This document shows, piece after piece, positions 9,554 through 18,923 of a stretch of 64,000 bases of DNA. Location: the NCBI GenBank assembly GCA_963775425.1, contig CAVZJB010000016.1:1152001-1216000 (forward strand). Reading direction: 5' to 3'. The DNA is from an uncultured delta proteobacterium (GTDB lineage Bacteria; Myxococcota; UBA727; VGSZ01). The translations under genes and the position numbers were made by a program. The notes under the pieces are model-generated. The model worked only from the letters and a program-made list of their open reading frames with translations. It searched no databases and was not told the origin of the DNA. Positions within the stretch are counted from its first letter, which is position 1. Every line of letters begins with the position of its first letter.

Positions 9554-10112
9554 GTTTCCCTCCCAACGCGGCGCGCAGCGCGACCTTGCCCCGCTCGTAG
9601 TGCTTGCGCGCCGTGCCCGGGGCTATCCCGAGGACGCCGGCGGCCTCGTCGAGCGTGAGCCCCTGGTGCGCGACGAGCTCGAGCACCGCGCGCTGGCGTC
9701 CGGGCAGCGCGAGCAGCGCGCGGCGCACGTGAGCCCGCTCGCGCTGCGTCGCCACCGCTGCGTCGGGCGGCGCGACCGGCTCGGCAGGCGCGCCCAGGAG
9801 GAGACGGCCGCCGAGGATCCGGCGCGCGAGCTCCCGCCGGCGCGCCTCGAGCGCGGTGAGGCGGATGACGCCGAACAGCCACGTGCGAAACGCCGAGCGG
9901 CCCCCGAAGCGCGCGCGCCCCTCGAGGACCTTGACGTACGCGAGCTGCAGCACGTCCTCGGCGTCGGCGCGCACGAAGCGGCAACAGCACATCGCCCACG
10001 CGAAGCTCGCGTCGTGATGCTCCTCGAGCGCGGCGGCGAGGTCGCGCGCGCTCGCGGGCGTCGCCGTCTGTGACGAGCGCGGGGGATCGCTCGGGTCGCG
10101 CGCGACGTCCAT
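9540..10112 (-). CDS. ECF RNA polymerase sigma factor
   Basis: DAEDVLQLAYVKV...FGGRSAFRTWLFGV is region 2. LPGRQRAVLEL...TLDEAAGVLGIAPGTARKHYERGK is region 4. Confidence 0.9.
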   Translation of the reverse strand: MDVARDPSDPPRSSQTATPASARDLAAALEEHHDASFAWAMCCCRFVRADAEDVLQLAYVKVLEGRARFGGRSAFRTWLFGVIRLTALEARRRELARRILGGRLLLGAPAEPVAPPDAAVATQRERAHVRRALLALPGRQRAVLELVAHQGLTLDEAAGVLGIAPGTARKHYERGKVALRAALGGKHERR

Positions 10113-10138
10113 GGCGAAGGCAGGATAGGTCAGCGCGA

Positions 10139-11419
10139 TCACGGCGCGCCGAGCTCCTCGGTGGCGGCGGCGCCCCGGCGGGAGACGAAGTCGTGCATGG
10201 ACTGCACGATGCCGTCCCACGAGCTGTCCTCGGGGTTTGTCAGGCGCGCCGCCGGCCACGGCTCGCGCGCGAGGTCGTCCTTCACCTGCGCGTAGAGCGC
10301 GTCGAGCCGCGGGTCGAAGTCGGCGACGTCGAGCGTGGTGCGCGCCTCTTGCAGGTACTCGGCGTCGAGCGCTTCGTCGTCGAGGATGCGTGACAGGAGC
10401 GGCCGCGGAGGCTCGGGCAGCGGGGCGCCGGCGTCCCAGCCGTCGATGACCTCGATCTGGCCGAACGCATGATCGGCGAAGCCCACGTCGAGGTCGTGCG
10501 GCAGGTACGTCCACACGCCGTCCTTGCCGTGGTGCAGGTAGTAGTTGTGCGCGTTGAAGCCGGTGAGCTGGTCGAAGGCGCCGGAGAGGACCATGACGCC
10601 CATCAGCTTGATGAAGCCGTGCACGTCGAAGCCGCTCTCGAGGTCGCCGTCGTTCACGAGGCGGAGGAAGTCGACAATCTCGCCGGTGTCGTCGCGGCTT
10701 TCGTGGTTCTTCTTGTCGAACGTGCCGGCGTAGGTGGCGGGGTCGTCGTCGATGAGGGCGAAGTCGGAGCCGGGGCCGGCGTAGTCGACCTTGTACAACG
10801 AGCCGTCGTGGCCGCCGAAGTGCGCGTCGAGGAAGACGTTGTCGATCCGCTCTTCGTTGACGAAGACACCCTGATAGGCGCCGTTGACCGTGACGCGGAC
10901 GAAGTTGGCGCGCGGGGTGAGGACGCCGCGCTCCGCGAGCAGGTCGGTGATGATGCGTTGCGAGAACACGGCGCCGAGCTGGCAGCCGTTGTCGAACGCG
11001 ATGTGCTTGAGCCCGAGGAAGGTCTGCCCGTCGACGTACTCGTTGGTGTGGATGAGCATGCTGCGCTGCATGTCGACGCCGGGGATGGACGAGCTGTCGC
11101 CCTTGTAGCGGACGCCGACGTCGTCGACGACGACGCCGTTCCACGACAACGTGGCGGGGACGTAGACCCGCGCCGGGAGCGCGGCGTTCATGGCGTCGAT
11201 GTCGGCGGGGTCGATGGTGACGGCGACGTCCTGCACGACGTCGGGATCGTAGAACGCGTCGGCGTCCTGCCCCGCCCCGGCGGCGGCGCCGGCGGGATCG
11301 CGGGCGCCGCCGGCGGGAGCGCCCCCGGGCCGGCAGCCGCTCTGGGACATCACGGCGACGGCGACGAGCGCGAGCAGGAAGGGCACCCAGGCGAGCGGCG
11401 CCAAGCGCGTGGTCTTCAT
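10139..11419 (-). CDS. CotH-family secreted kinase-like protein (probable lipoprotein)
   Basis: VGVRYKGDSS, YQGVFVNEERID, HNYYL and LPHDLD motifs. The signal peptide is followed by Cys. Confidence 0.85.
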   Translation of the reverse strand: MKTTRLAPLAWVPFLLALVAVAVMSQSGCRPGGAPAGGARDPAGAAAGAGQDADAFYDPDVVQDVAVTIDPADIDAMNAALPARVYVPATLSWNGVVVDDVGVRYKGDSSSIPGVDMQRSMLIHTNEYVDGQTFLGLKHIAFDNGCQLGAVFSQRIITDLLAERGVLTPRANFVRVTVNGAYQGVFVNEERIDNVFLDAHFGGHDGSLYKVDYAGPGSDFALIDDDPATYAGTFDKKNHESRDDTGEIVDFLRLVNDGDLESGFDVHGFIKLMGVMVLSGAFDQLTGFNAHNYYLHHGKDGVWTYLPHDLDVGFADHAFGQIEVIDGWDAGAPLPEPPRPLLSRILDDEALDAEYLQEARTTLDVADFDPRLDALYAQVKDDLAREPWPAARLTNPEDSSWDGIVQSMHDFVSRRGAAATEELGAP

Positions 11420-11528
11420 GCCGGTGCGTGCCCCGGGCGCGCCCGCCGTGGGACACGGATCCGCGCGACGCGTGACCCGGGCCACGCGCGCCGCCGGCCC
11501 GGCGCGCCGCAGGCCCGGCGGGCGGGCG

Positions 11529-12002
11529 TCAGCGACGGCGGAGGGCGCGCTCCATCTCGCGGTCGGCCTCGCGGCGGCGGATGGTCTGGCGCTTGTCCTC
11601 GTGGCTCTTGCCGCGCCCGACGCCGACGAGCACCTTGACCCACGGTCCCTTGAAGTAGAGCCGCAGCGGAACCAGCGTCGCGCCGCGCTGCTGCACCGCC
11701 GCCTTCAGCTCGTCGATCTCGTCCTTCTTGGCGAGCAGGCGGCGGGTTCGGTCCGGAGCGAGCTCGACGTGGGTCGACTGGTTCTTGAAGCGATCGATCT
11801 TGAGCCCGAGCAGCAGGAGCTCGCCGTCCTTCACGATGGCGTACGCGTCCGAGAAGCTCACGGCCTTCGCCCGCAGCGACTTCACCTCGGCGCCCTGCAG
11901 CTCGAGGCCGCACTCGAGGGTGTCGAGGATCTCGTAGTCGTGCCGCGCGCGCCGGTTCTCGGCGACGAGTCCTTCGTCGGTCTTCTTCTTCTTGCCGGCC
12001 AT
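11529..12002 (-). CDS. smpB: SsrA-binding protein
   Basis: ENRRARHDY, ECGLELQGAEVKSLR, RTRRLL and GKSHEDKR. Confidence 0.97.
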   Translation of the reverse strand: MAGKKKKTDEGLVAENRRARHDYEILDTLECGLELQGAEVKSLRAKAVSFSDAYAIVKDGELLLLGLKIDRFKNQSTHVELAPDRTRRLLAKKDEIDELKAAVQQRGATLVPLRLYFKGPWVKVLVGVGRGKSHEDKRQTIRRREADREMERALRRR

Positions 12003-12104
12003 GCGGCGCCGACCCTAGAGAGCCCGCGGCGTTCCGGGAAGGCACATCGCACGGCCCACCGTCGCCCGGCCGGCACGACGGCCTCGTCGTCGTCGAGGCC
12101 CCCG

Positions 12105-12617
12105 TCACAACGTGGTGCCCACCTCGAACAGCGACAGCGACGCCATGAACGCAGGCGCGCCGCCGCGGAAGAGCGTGGGCCCGGCCCGCAACGAGAGGAA
12201 CGACACCCAGCTGTCGTCGAGGCGAAAGCGCAGCGGGCTCGCCCCGAGCTCGAGCGCGATCGGGTCGGAGGCGAGCACGCCGTGGGCGTCGATGGTCCGG
12301 ATGAGCTTGCCGCCGAGGGTGGCGGCATAGGCTCCGACGTCGGGCTCCCAGCGCCCGAACAGGCGCGCCCGCCACGCGGCGCCGAGCTCCGCGCTCCACG
12401 CGAGCCCCGCGCCCATGAGCACGCCCACGCGTCCGCGCAGCTCGTCCAGCGTGTCGTCGAAGAACGCCGACGAGACCGCGAGCGCGAACGACACGTCGCT
12501 GGGCGTGGAGAACAGCGCGGGGGCGAAGGCGAGCTCGCCGCTGACGCGCGGGGGCGAGCCCTGCGCCTGTACGGCGAGCACGACGACGACGGCGGCGAGC
12601 ACAGCTACGTGTAGCAC
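12105..12617 (-). CDS. Hypothetical exported beta-rich protein
   Basis: Signal-like N-terminus, amphipathic strands and GC3-biased codons. Confidence 0.6.
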   Translation of the reverse strand: MLHVAVLAAVVVVLAVQAQGSPPRVSGELAFAPALFSTPSDVSFALAVSSAFFDDTLDELRGRVGVLMGAGLAWSAELGAAWRARLFGRWEPDVGAYAATLGGKLIRTIDAHGVLASDPIALELGASPLRFRLDDSWVSFLSLRAGPTLFRGGAPAFMASLSLFEVGTTL

Positions 12618-12651
12618 GCCCCCCGACGACGGCGCGCCGCGCGGCCGGCGC

Positions 12652-13551
12652 TCAGCGCGCCGCGCTCGCCGCCGGCGGCGCGTCCGCCCGCGCCGGCGCC
12701 TCCGCCGGCTTCGGCGCCTCCGGGGGCTTCGCGGCGCCGAAGGTGTGCTCCTGCGCCGGGAACGCGCCCTCGCGGACCTCGCCGACGTACGCCTGCACGG
12801 CCTCGCCGACGACGCGCGCGCCGTCGAGGAACTTCTTCACGAAGCGCGGCTGGAACTCGGGGTTGAGCCCGAGCATGTCGGTGATAACGAGGACCTGGCC
12901 GTCGCAGGCGGGGCCGGCGCCGATGCCGATGGTGGGGATGCGGAGCTGCGCGGTGATCTCGGCGGCGAGATCGGCGGGGATGCCCTCGAGGACCACGGCG
13001 TAGGCGCCCGCGCGCTCGAGCGCCAGCGCGTCGTCGAGGATGCGCCGGCGGGACGCCGCGTCCCTGCCCTGCACCACGAAGCCGCCCATGGCGTTCACGC
13101 TCTGGGGCTGCAGGCCGACGTGGCCCATCACCGGGATGCCCGCCTCGACCATGCGCGCGACGGTGGGCGCGACGCTCTCCCCGCCCTCGAGCTTCACGCT
13201 CGACGCCCCCGCCCGCAAAAGCGCGGCGGCGTTGTGCATGGCCTCCTCGGGCGACGCCTGGTAGCTCATGAACGGCATGTCGCCGACGACGTGGGCGCGC
13301 CGGACGCCACGCGCCACCGCCGCCGTGTGATAGGCGGTCTGCTCGATGGTGACCGACAGGGTGTTGGGCTCGCCCTTGACGACCATCCCCAGCGAGTCGC
13401 CCACGAGGAGCATGTCCACGCCGGCCGCGTCGAGCAGACGCGCGAAGGTGACGTCGTAGCAGGTGAGCATGGTGATCTTCGTCCCCTCCCGCTTCATCTG
13501 GGCGAGGGTGCGAAGGGTGACGTTTTTGAGGGGAGCGGTATGGGCAGACAC
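12652..13551 (-). CDS. panB: 3-methyl-2-oxobutanoate hydroxymethyltransferase
   Basis: [30 protein letters not shown] and IGIGAG motifs. The GTG start follows GGAGG. Confidence 0.97.
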   Translation of the reverse strand: MSAHTAPLKNVTLRTLAQMKREGTKITMLTCYDVTFARLLDAAGVDMLLVGDSLGMVVKGEPNTLSVTIEQTAYHTAAVARGVRRAHVVGDMPFMSYQASPEEAMHNAAALLRAGASSVKLEGGESVAPTVARMVEAGIPVMGHVGLQPQSVNAMGGFVVQGRDAASRRRILDDALALERAGAYAVVLEGIPADLAAEITAQLRIPTIGIGAGPACDGQVLVITDMLGLNPEFQPRFVKKFLDGARVVGEAVQAYVGEVREGAFPAQEHTFGAAKPPEAPKPAEAPARADAPPAASAAR

Positions 13552-13744
13552 GGTCTGCCTCCGGGTGCAACGAACCGCGCTGGCCTCTCGAGGAGGAGGT
13601 GCCCGCCGGAGGATTCCGGTCGAGCCCTGTGACCAAGCGGGCGCTGCTCCCACATCCTAACCAGCCGGACGCGTGTGTGAAGTGATCCAACGCGCCACGG
13701 AACGGGCCGCGTCATGCCAATCTCCGCAAAGGAGTGGCCACCGC

Positions 13745-15172
13745 TTGCAGAAAAAGGCACACAACCATCTACATAAGCGAACGCGGGGCGCCGCGGTCGC
13801 CGGCGGCCTGGCGCTCGCCCTCCTCTCCGCCCGCGCCGCAAACGCTGACGACTCGGTCGCGCTTGGCACCGCGGGCTCCCTCGAGCGCACGGCGCAGACG
13901 CAAGACGCGCTGAAGAACGGGACCGCCGCCTCGTTCGGCGCCCCGGTCACGGACGACCGGCGCCTGTTCAAGCTGCGCTGGCGCCTGCCCTGGCTCATCG
14001 CCGGCGGCGCCGGCCTCGGCCCGTCGCCCTTCGTCTCCGGCTTCACCGCGACGTCCTTCGAGGTCCCCGGCGGCCTCGCCCTCGCGGCCGAGCCCATGGA
14101 CGGCCTGTCCGCGCTCATCCCGTCGATGGCCATCGGCGAGCCGCACAAGCTCGGCCAGGTGCAGGTCGGCGCGCTGTCGACCTCGCTCGGCCACGGCACC
14201 CTCGTCGACCGCTACACCAACAGCCCCGACGGCGCCCCGCGCGCGCCCGGCCTCCTCCTCGAGGGCAACCTCGCCGGGCTCGGGGCGCAGGCGCTGACGG
14301 CCAACGCGTTCCACCCGCTGTCGTCGCTGGCGGCGGCGCGCATCTACGGCCGCCCCATCATGTGGTTCCTCGCGCCAGACGCGACCTTTCAGCCCAACGA
14401 GCTCGACATCGATCCGCGCACCGAGGTGCTCGGCATCTGGGTCACCGGCTTGTCGGCGGTGATCGATCCGGGTGCGCCTTCCCTGCGAGGACCGCAGAAC
14501 GTCTGGGCCGCCGGCTGGGACAACGAGGCCGCGCTCCTCGACAACCAGATCGTGAAGACCATCGCGTACCTCGACCTGAACGCGCTCGGCGCCGGCGACG
14601 TCGTCGGCGGCGGCGCGCACCCCGGCGCGCTCTTCATGCTCGACGCCGCCGGCTTCCGTCTCGACGCCAACGCCGAGATGAATTTCGGTACCGACGGCTA
14701 CGTGCCCCGCTACTTCGACCGCCTCTACGCGCTCGAGCGCGACGGCGTGATCGGCGGGGACAAGAGCAAGCTCGACATCGACAGGCCCGCGTCGTGGGGC
14801 TGGCAGGGCCGCTTGAGCGCCGGCTACATGGAGGCGCTCACCGCGTTCGTCGAGACCAAAGACCAGCTCCCCTTCGACGGCGCCCGCGGCCGCCACAGCG
14901 GGACGGTGACGGCGGGGGTGTCGGCGTTCGTGTTCTTCCTCGGCGGCGCAGTGACGGCGTCACAGACGGGCATCACCGACTACGCAAACCCCCACGTCGG
15001 CGGGCCCGGCTTCGTCGTCACCGCCGAGGGCCGCATCGCGCTCCTCGTCAACACCGTCCATCTCGTCGGCCGCTGGTGGCACGCCAACGTCCCCGCCGGC
15101 GACAGCCCCGACGACTACGTCATCGACGAGGGCAGCACCGTCGGCGTCGAGATGAACCTCGATTTCCTCTGA
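13745..15172 (+). CDS. Hypothetical outer-membrane beta-barrel-like protein
   Basis: A TTG start after AGGAG is inferred. There is a signal peptide, amphipathic strands and a C-terminal VGVEMNLDFL. Confidence 0.65.
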   Translation: MQKKAHNHLHKRTRGAAVAGGLALALLSARAANADDSVALGTAGSLERTAQTQDALKNGTAASFGAPVTDDRRLFKLRWRLPWLIAGGAGLGPSPFVSGFTATSFEVPGGLALAAEPMDGLSALIPSMAIGEPHKLGQVQVGALSTSLGHGTLVDRYTNSPDGAPRAPGLLLEGNLAGLGAQALTANAFHPLSSLAAARIYGRPIMWFLAPDATFQPNELDIDPRTEVLGIWVTGLSAVIDPGAPSLRGPQNVWAAGWDNEAALLDNQIVKTIAYLDLNALGAGDVVGGGAHPGALFMLDAAGFRLDANAEMNFGTDGYVPRYFDRLYALERDGVIGGDKSKLDIDRPASWGWQGRLSAGYMEALTAFVETKDQLPFDGARGRHSGTVTAGVSAFVFFLGGAVTASQTGITDYANPHVGGPGFVVTAEGRIALLVNTVHLVGRWWHANVPAGDSPDDYVIDEGSTVGVEMNLDFL

Positions 15173-15178
15173 CGCGCT

Positions 15179-16010
15179 TCAGTGGACGTAGCCCGCGAAC
15201 AAGAGCGCCGAGAAGGCGTTGGACATGCCGTGGTAGAGGACGGCGCCGGTGATGGACTTCCCCTTGCGCGTGAGCCCCGAGAACACGAACGCGGGGAAGA
15301 ACGGCCCGAAGCGCGCGGGGTTGTACTCCCCGACGAAGTGGCCGAGCGCGAACATGGCCGACGCGAGGAACACCGTGCGGCCGAGAGGGATGATCCACAC
15401 GTAGCGCGTGGTGGGCCAGAGCTTCTCGAGGCGGTGCTCGAGGAACCCGCGATAGAACATCTCCTCGGGCAGCGCGATCAAGAACGTATTCTTCAACAGC
15501 GTGGACACGATGTCGGGGGGGACGGTGAAATGGTAGCCGGGGGCGCCGAAGTGCATTTGCCAGTAGTGGTGGCCGACGGCGAAGGGCGGGAAGGTGACGG
15601 CGGCGATCAGGAGCGCGAGGCCGACGTCCTTGAACAACGCCCTCGGGCGAAAGCGCGCCCCGCGTCCGTACGTCGCCAACAGCTCCGCGAGCTTCCCCGG
15701 CCGCCGACCGCGCCCCGGCCGCCGGCGCCGCGCGAGCACCAGGTGCCGGCGCAGCGCGGCCACGGGACCGAGGAGGAGACCGTGGGCGTTGATGCCGTAC
15801 GCCTCCGGCGCCTCGCCGCGGCGCTGCGTGAGCCACAGCGGGACGTAGATTCTGAAAGCCGGCCACGGCGGTGAAGAAGGCCGGGCCGATGAAGCCGACG
15901 GCGGCGACGAGGTGCTTGCCCGCGCCGAGCAAGACCAGCAGCCCGAGGCCCGCGAGCAGCGCCTCCTTCGCGCCGGCCCGTGCGTCCAGGCGCGGCAGCG
16001 GTGCGCTCAC
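15179..16010 (-). pseudogene. CPBP-family glutamic intramembrane protease (myxosortase MrtX/MrtC-like) with a +1 frameshift at about 15850
   Basis: EEMFYRG, FALGH and LYHGMSN CPBP motifs. The N-terminal TM part (GTG 16010) joins in frame if one base of AGATTC at 15847-15852 is removed. The gene may be intact in vivo. Confidence 0.8.
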
Positions 16011-16963
16011 ACGAAGATCTCGTCGAGCTTCTTGGCGAGGTCGTCGGTGATCTTCACGGTGAGCGCGCCGAGGTTCTCCTCGAGCTGCGCGAGCGTGGTG
16101 GCGCCGGTGATGACGCTCGAGATGCCCGGGCGCGACAGACACCAGGCGAGGGCGAGCTGGGTGCGCGACACGCCCGCCTCGTTGGCGACGGCGCCGAAGC
16201 GCTTCACGCGCGCCTGGTTTTCGTCGTTGAGGAAGGTGCCGCGCAGCCAATCGATGCGATCGAGGCGCGAGCCGGCGGGGATGCCGTCGTCGTACTTGCC
16301 GGTGAGGACGCCGGACGCGAGCGGGCTCCACACCACGAGGCCCATGCCGGTCTCGCGGGCGGCGGGGGCGATCTCGTCGTCGACCCGCTTGCGCGCGAGC
16401 AGGCTGTACTGCGGCTGCTCCACCGCCGGCGCCGCGAAGCTCCTGCGGTCGGCGATGGCGTGGGCGGCCTTGAGCTGCGCGCCGCTCCACTCGCTCGTGC
16501 CCCAGTAGAGGATCTTGCCGGCGCGCACGAGGTCCTCCATGGCGCGCGCGGTCTCTTCGAGCGGGGTGTCGTCGTCGTAGCGGTGGCAGAAGTAGACGTC
16601 GAGGTACTCGGTGCCGATGCGCTTGAGGCTCTTGTCGATGGACTCCATGATGTGCTTGCGTGACAGACCGCGGTCGTTCACGTCGTCGCTCATGGGCCAG
16701 AAGACCTTGGAGGAGATGACGAGCTCGTGGCGCGGGAACTGACGCAGCACGGCGCCCATCACGCGCTCGGCCTCGCCGCGCGCGTAGACGTCGGCGATGT
16801 CGAAGAAGCTCACGCCGGCCTCGAAGGCCGCGCGCAGGATGCTCGAGACCTGCTCCTGCTCCTTGACGCTGCTGCCGAAGGTGGTCCAGCCACCGAGGCT
16901 CAGGGCGCTGACCTTGACGCCGGCCTGACCCAGGCGGCGGTAGAGCATCGACTCACGGCTCAT
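16007..16963 (-). CDS. Aldo/keto reductase (Kv-beta-like)
   Basis: LSLGGW, FFDIADVY, GLSRKHIMES, YWGTSEWS, QPQYSLL and WSPLASGVLTGKY. Confidence 0.93.
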   Translation of the reverse strand: MSRESMLYRRLGQAGVKVSALSLGGWTTFGSSVKEQEQVSSILRAAFEAGVSFFDIADVYARGEAERVMGAVLRQFPRHELVISSKVFWPMSDDVNDRGLSRKHIMESIDKSLKRIGTEYLDVYFCHRYDDDTPLEETARAMEDLVRAGKILYWGTSEWSGAQLKAAHAIADRRSFAAPAVEQPQYSLLARKRVDDEIAPAARETGMGLVVWSPLASGVLTGKYDDGIPAGSRLDRIDWLRGTFLNDENQARVKRFGAVANEAGVSRTQLALAWCLSRPGISSVITGATTLAQLEENLGALTVKITDDLAKKLDEIFV

Positions 16964-17027
16964 GGCGACTTCCTCCCGCTCGAAGCACAGGAGTTACGCC
17001 GGCGCAGCCCCGCTCGCAACGTCAGCC

Positions 17028-17684
17028 TCAGGGGATGTCGTCGTCGCTGGGCCACGCGTTCTTGTAGCTCGGCCGCTCGCGCAGGCGATCGCGCCACGAG
17101 CGCACGCGCGGGAAGGCGTCGAGATCGACCTTGAGCTGGTCGAGCAGGTCCAAAAGCGGCGTGGAGAGGGTGTCGGCGACGGAGTAGTCGCCCGCGAGGA
17201 ACGCGCGCCGCGCCAGGTGGCGGTCGAGCACGTCCAGGTGCCGATCGAGCTCCGCGCGGGCGCGCCCGAGGACCTTGACGCTCTTGTCGCCCTCGCCGAA
17301 GACGTGGGTCTCGCAAAAGACGGTCCAGAACTCCTCGGCGAAGCCCGTGCTGATGTAGCTGAGCCACGAGTACGCCTCGCCGCGGGCCGTGAGATCGGTG
17401 AAGCCGAGCGGGGACTGCGGGAAACGCTCCGCCAGGAACAGCAGGATGGCGGGGGACTCGAAGATGGCCAGCTCGCCGCCGGGGCGGTGCTCCACCAGGG
17501 CCGGGAGGCGTCCGAACGGGCTCCGCTTGAGGAAGGCCGCCGTCCGCGGCTTGGTCAGGTCGACCTCGCGGGGGGTGAAGGGGACCTCACACTCGTTCAG
17601 GCCGACGCGCACGGCGACGCAAAAGGGCGACGGCCGGTATTCATAGAGAGTGAACGGGGGGGCCTTGGACTGGGCCATGGTCAT
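17028..17684 (-). CDS. Glutathione S-transferase family protein
   Basis: SPFC, SPFGRLPAL, IFESPAILLFLAE and FLAGDYSVAD. Confidence 0.92.
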   Translation of the reverse strand: MTMAQSKAPPFTLYEYRPSPFCVAVRVGLNECEVPFTPREVDLTKPRTAAFLKRSPFGRLPALVEHRPGGELAIFESPAILLFLAERFPQSPLGFTDLTARGEAYSWLSYISTGFAEEFWTVFCETHVFGEGDKSVKVLGRARAELDRHLDVLDRHLARRAFLAGDYSVADTLSTPLLDLLDQLKVDLDAFPRVRSWRDRLRERPSYKNAWPSDDDIP

Positions 17685-17858
17685 GAGCGTGGGGGTCCGG
17701 AGAGCAGAGCAGGAAAGGGCTTCATGTGGGGGGGCAGTGTATGCCGAACCCCGACCCGAGCGCGAGAACTCAATCGTTTCGAAACGGACGGCGGGGGGCT
17801 TCGACTTTCGCTCGCTGGCCCGTCTGCTGCAGCATGGAGCGATTTTCGAGGTCAAGCC

Positions 17859-18260
17859 ATGCGTCGCCTCCTGCCCGCGTTCACGCTGATCGAGCTGATG
17901 ATCGTCCTGGCGATCATCGGCATCCTCGCCGCCATCGCCCTGCCGAACTTCATCAAGTTCTCGTGCAGGGCCAAGCAGAGCGAGGCCAAGACGCTCTTGA
18001 AGGCCATCGTCGTCGCCGAGCAGTCCTACAGAGGCGAGTTCGACACCTACCTGAACGGACCTCCAGCGGACGACATCATCATCGGTGTGGTCATCAACGG
18101 CCGCGTGCGCCGCTACGAGTACTCGGTGTCCGGGGCCGACGCGACGTCGTTTACGGCGGAAGCCGACGGCAAGGTTGGCGAGGGCATGGACGGGGACATC
18201 TGGACCGTCACGCAGGAAGTCGACATCACCAACAGCACCAACTTGTGCGCCTCGAGGTGA
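17859..18260 (+). CDS. Type IVa pilin, paralog 1 (133 aa)
   Basis: MRRLLPA|[35 protein letters not shown] is a prepilin N-terminal helix. Confidence 0.9.
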   Translation: MRRLLPAFTLIELMIVLAIIGILAAIALPNFIKFSCRAKQSEAKTLLKAIVVAEQSYRGEFDTYLNGPPADDIIIGVVINGRVRRYEYSVSGADATSFTAEADGKVGEGMDGDIWTVTQEVDITNSTNLCASR

Positions 18261-18352
18261 GCCGTGACGTTTTTCGGTCCGGCGCCTCGCGCGAGTGACG
18301 AGAAACGGCACACGAGCCGCGTCCGGTCGGGCCGGACGGACGCAAAGCTTGC

Positions 18353-18368
18353 TGGTACGGCTCGTGCT
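18353..18368 (+). promoter_or_regulatory. Sigma-54 (-24/-12) promoter candidate for pilA
   Basis: TGGTACGGCTCGTGCT is GG-N10-GC about 55 nt before the ATG. Myxococcus pilA is known to be sigma-54/PilR dependent. Confidence 0.7.
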
Positions 18369-18421
18369 GGTCTAGCGTCGCCGCACCTGCGAGACGCACA
18401 CAACACCGTAGAGGAGATCTG

Positions 18422-18847
18422 ATGTCCACATTGAGGAAGCTTGCCAAGGGGTTCACGCTCATCGAGCTGATGATCGTGGTCGCGATCATCGGCATTCTGG
18501 CCGCCATCGCCATCCCGAACTTCGTGAAGTTCCAGTGCCGCTCCAAGCAGTCGGAGGCGAAGACCAACCTCAAGGCGCTGTACGAGTGCGAGGACAGCTA
18601 TCGCGCCGAGTACGACACCTACCTCGACTGCACCACCACCCAGTGCGGCAAGGGCGCGGTCTACGACCTCGGCTATGAGCCCAAGGGCGCCCGCATCCGC
18701 TACGACTACTCCGTGAGCGGCTCCGACTCGACCGCGTTCTCCGGCGGCGCCGCCGTCAACGCCACGTTCGTGGGCGAGCTGAGCAACGACCAGTGGACGG
18801 TCTCCCAGCTCAACGACGTCGCGAACATCTCGAACGGCTGCAGCTGA
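18422..18847 (+). CDS. pilA: Type IVa major pilin
   Basis: KG|[41 protein letters not shown], a strong GAGGAG RBS, its own sigma-54 promoter and a terminator. Confidence 0.9.
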   Translation: MSTLRKLAKGFTLIELMIVVAIIGILAAIAIPNFVKFQCRSKQSEAKTNLKALYECEDSYRAEYDTYLDCTTTQCGKGAVYDLGYEPKGARIRYDYSVSGSDSTAFSGGAAVNATFVGELSNDQWTVSQLNDVANISNGCS

Positions 18848-18861
18848 CCTTTCGCTCCTGC

Positions 18862-18900
18862 CGGGAAGAGCGCGGCCTCGTGCCGCGTTTTTCTTTTCCC
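18862..18900 (+). terminator. Intrinsic terminator after pilA
   Basis: GCGCGGC-CTCGT-GCCGCGT stem followed by TTTTTCTTTT. Confidence 0.75.
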
Positions 18901-18923
18901 ACGCCTGAAAAGGGAGGGTCGCG

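Noticed and set aside
9540-11456. 638-aa ORF suggesting a large sigma-factor fusion
   Set aside because: The N-terminal 448 codons are an Arg-rich off-frame read of cotH. The sigma factor starts at 10112.
11486-12104. tmRNA (ssrA) next to smpB
   Set aside because: The flanking intergenic spaces are too short and no tRNA-like ends were recognised.
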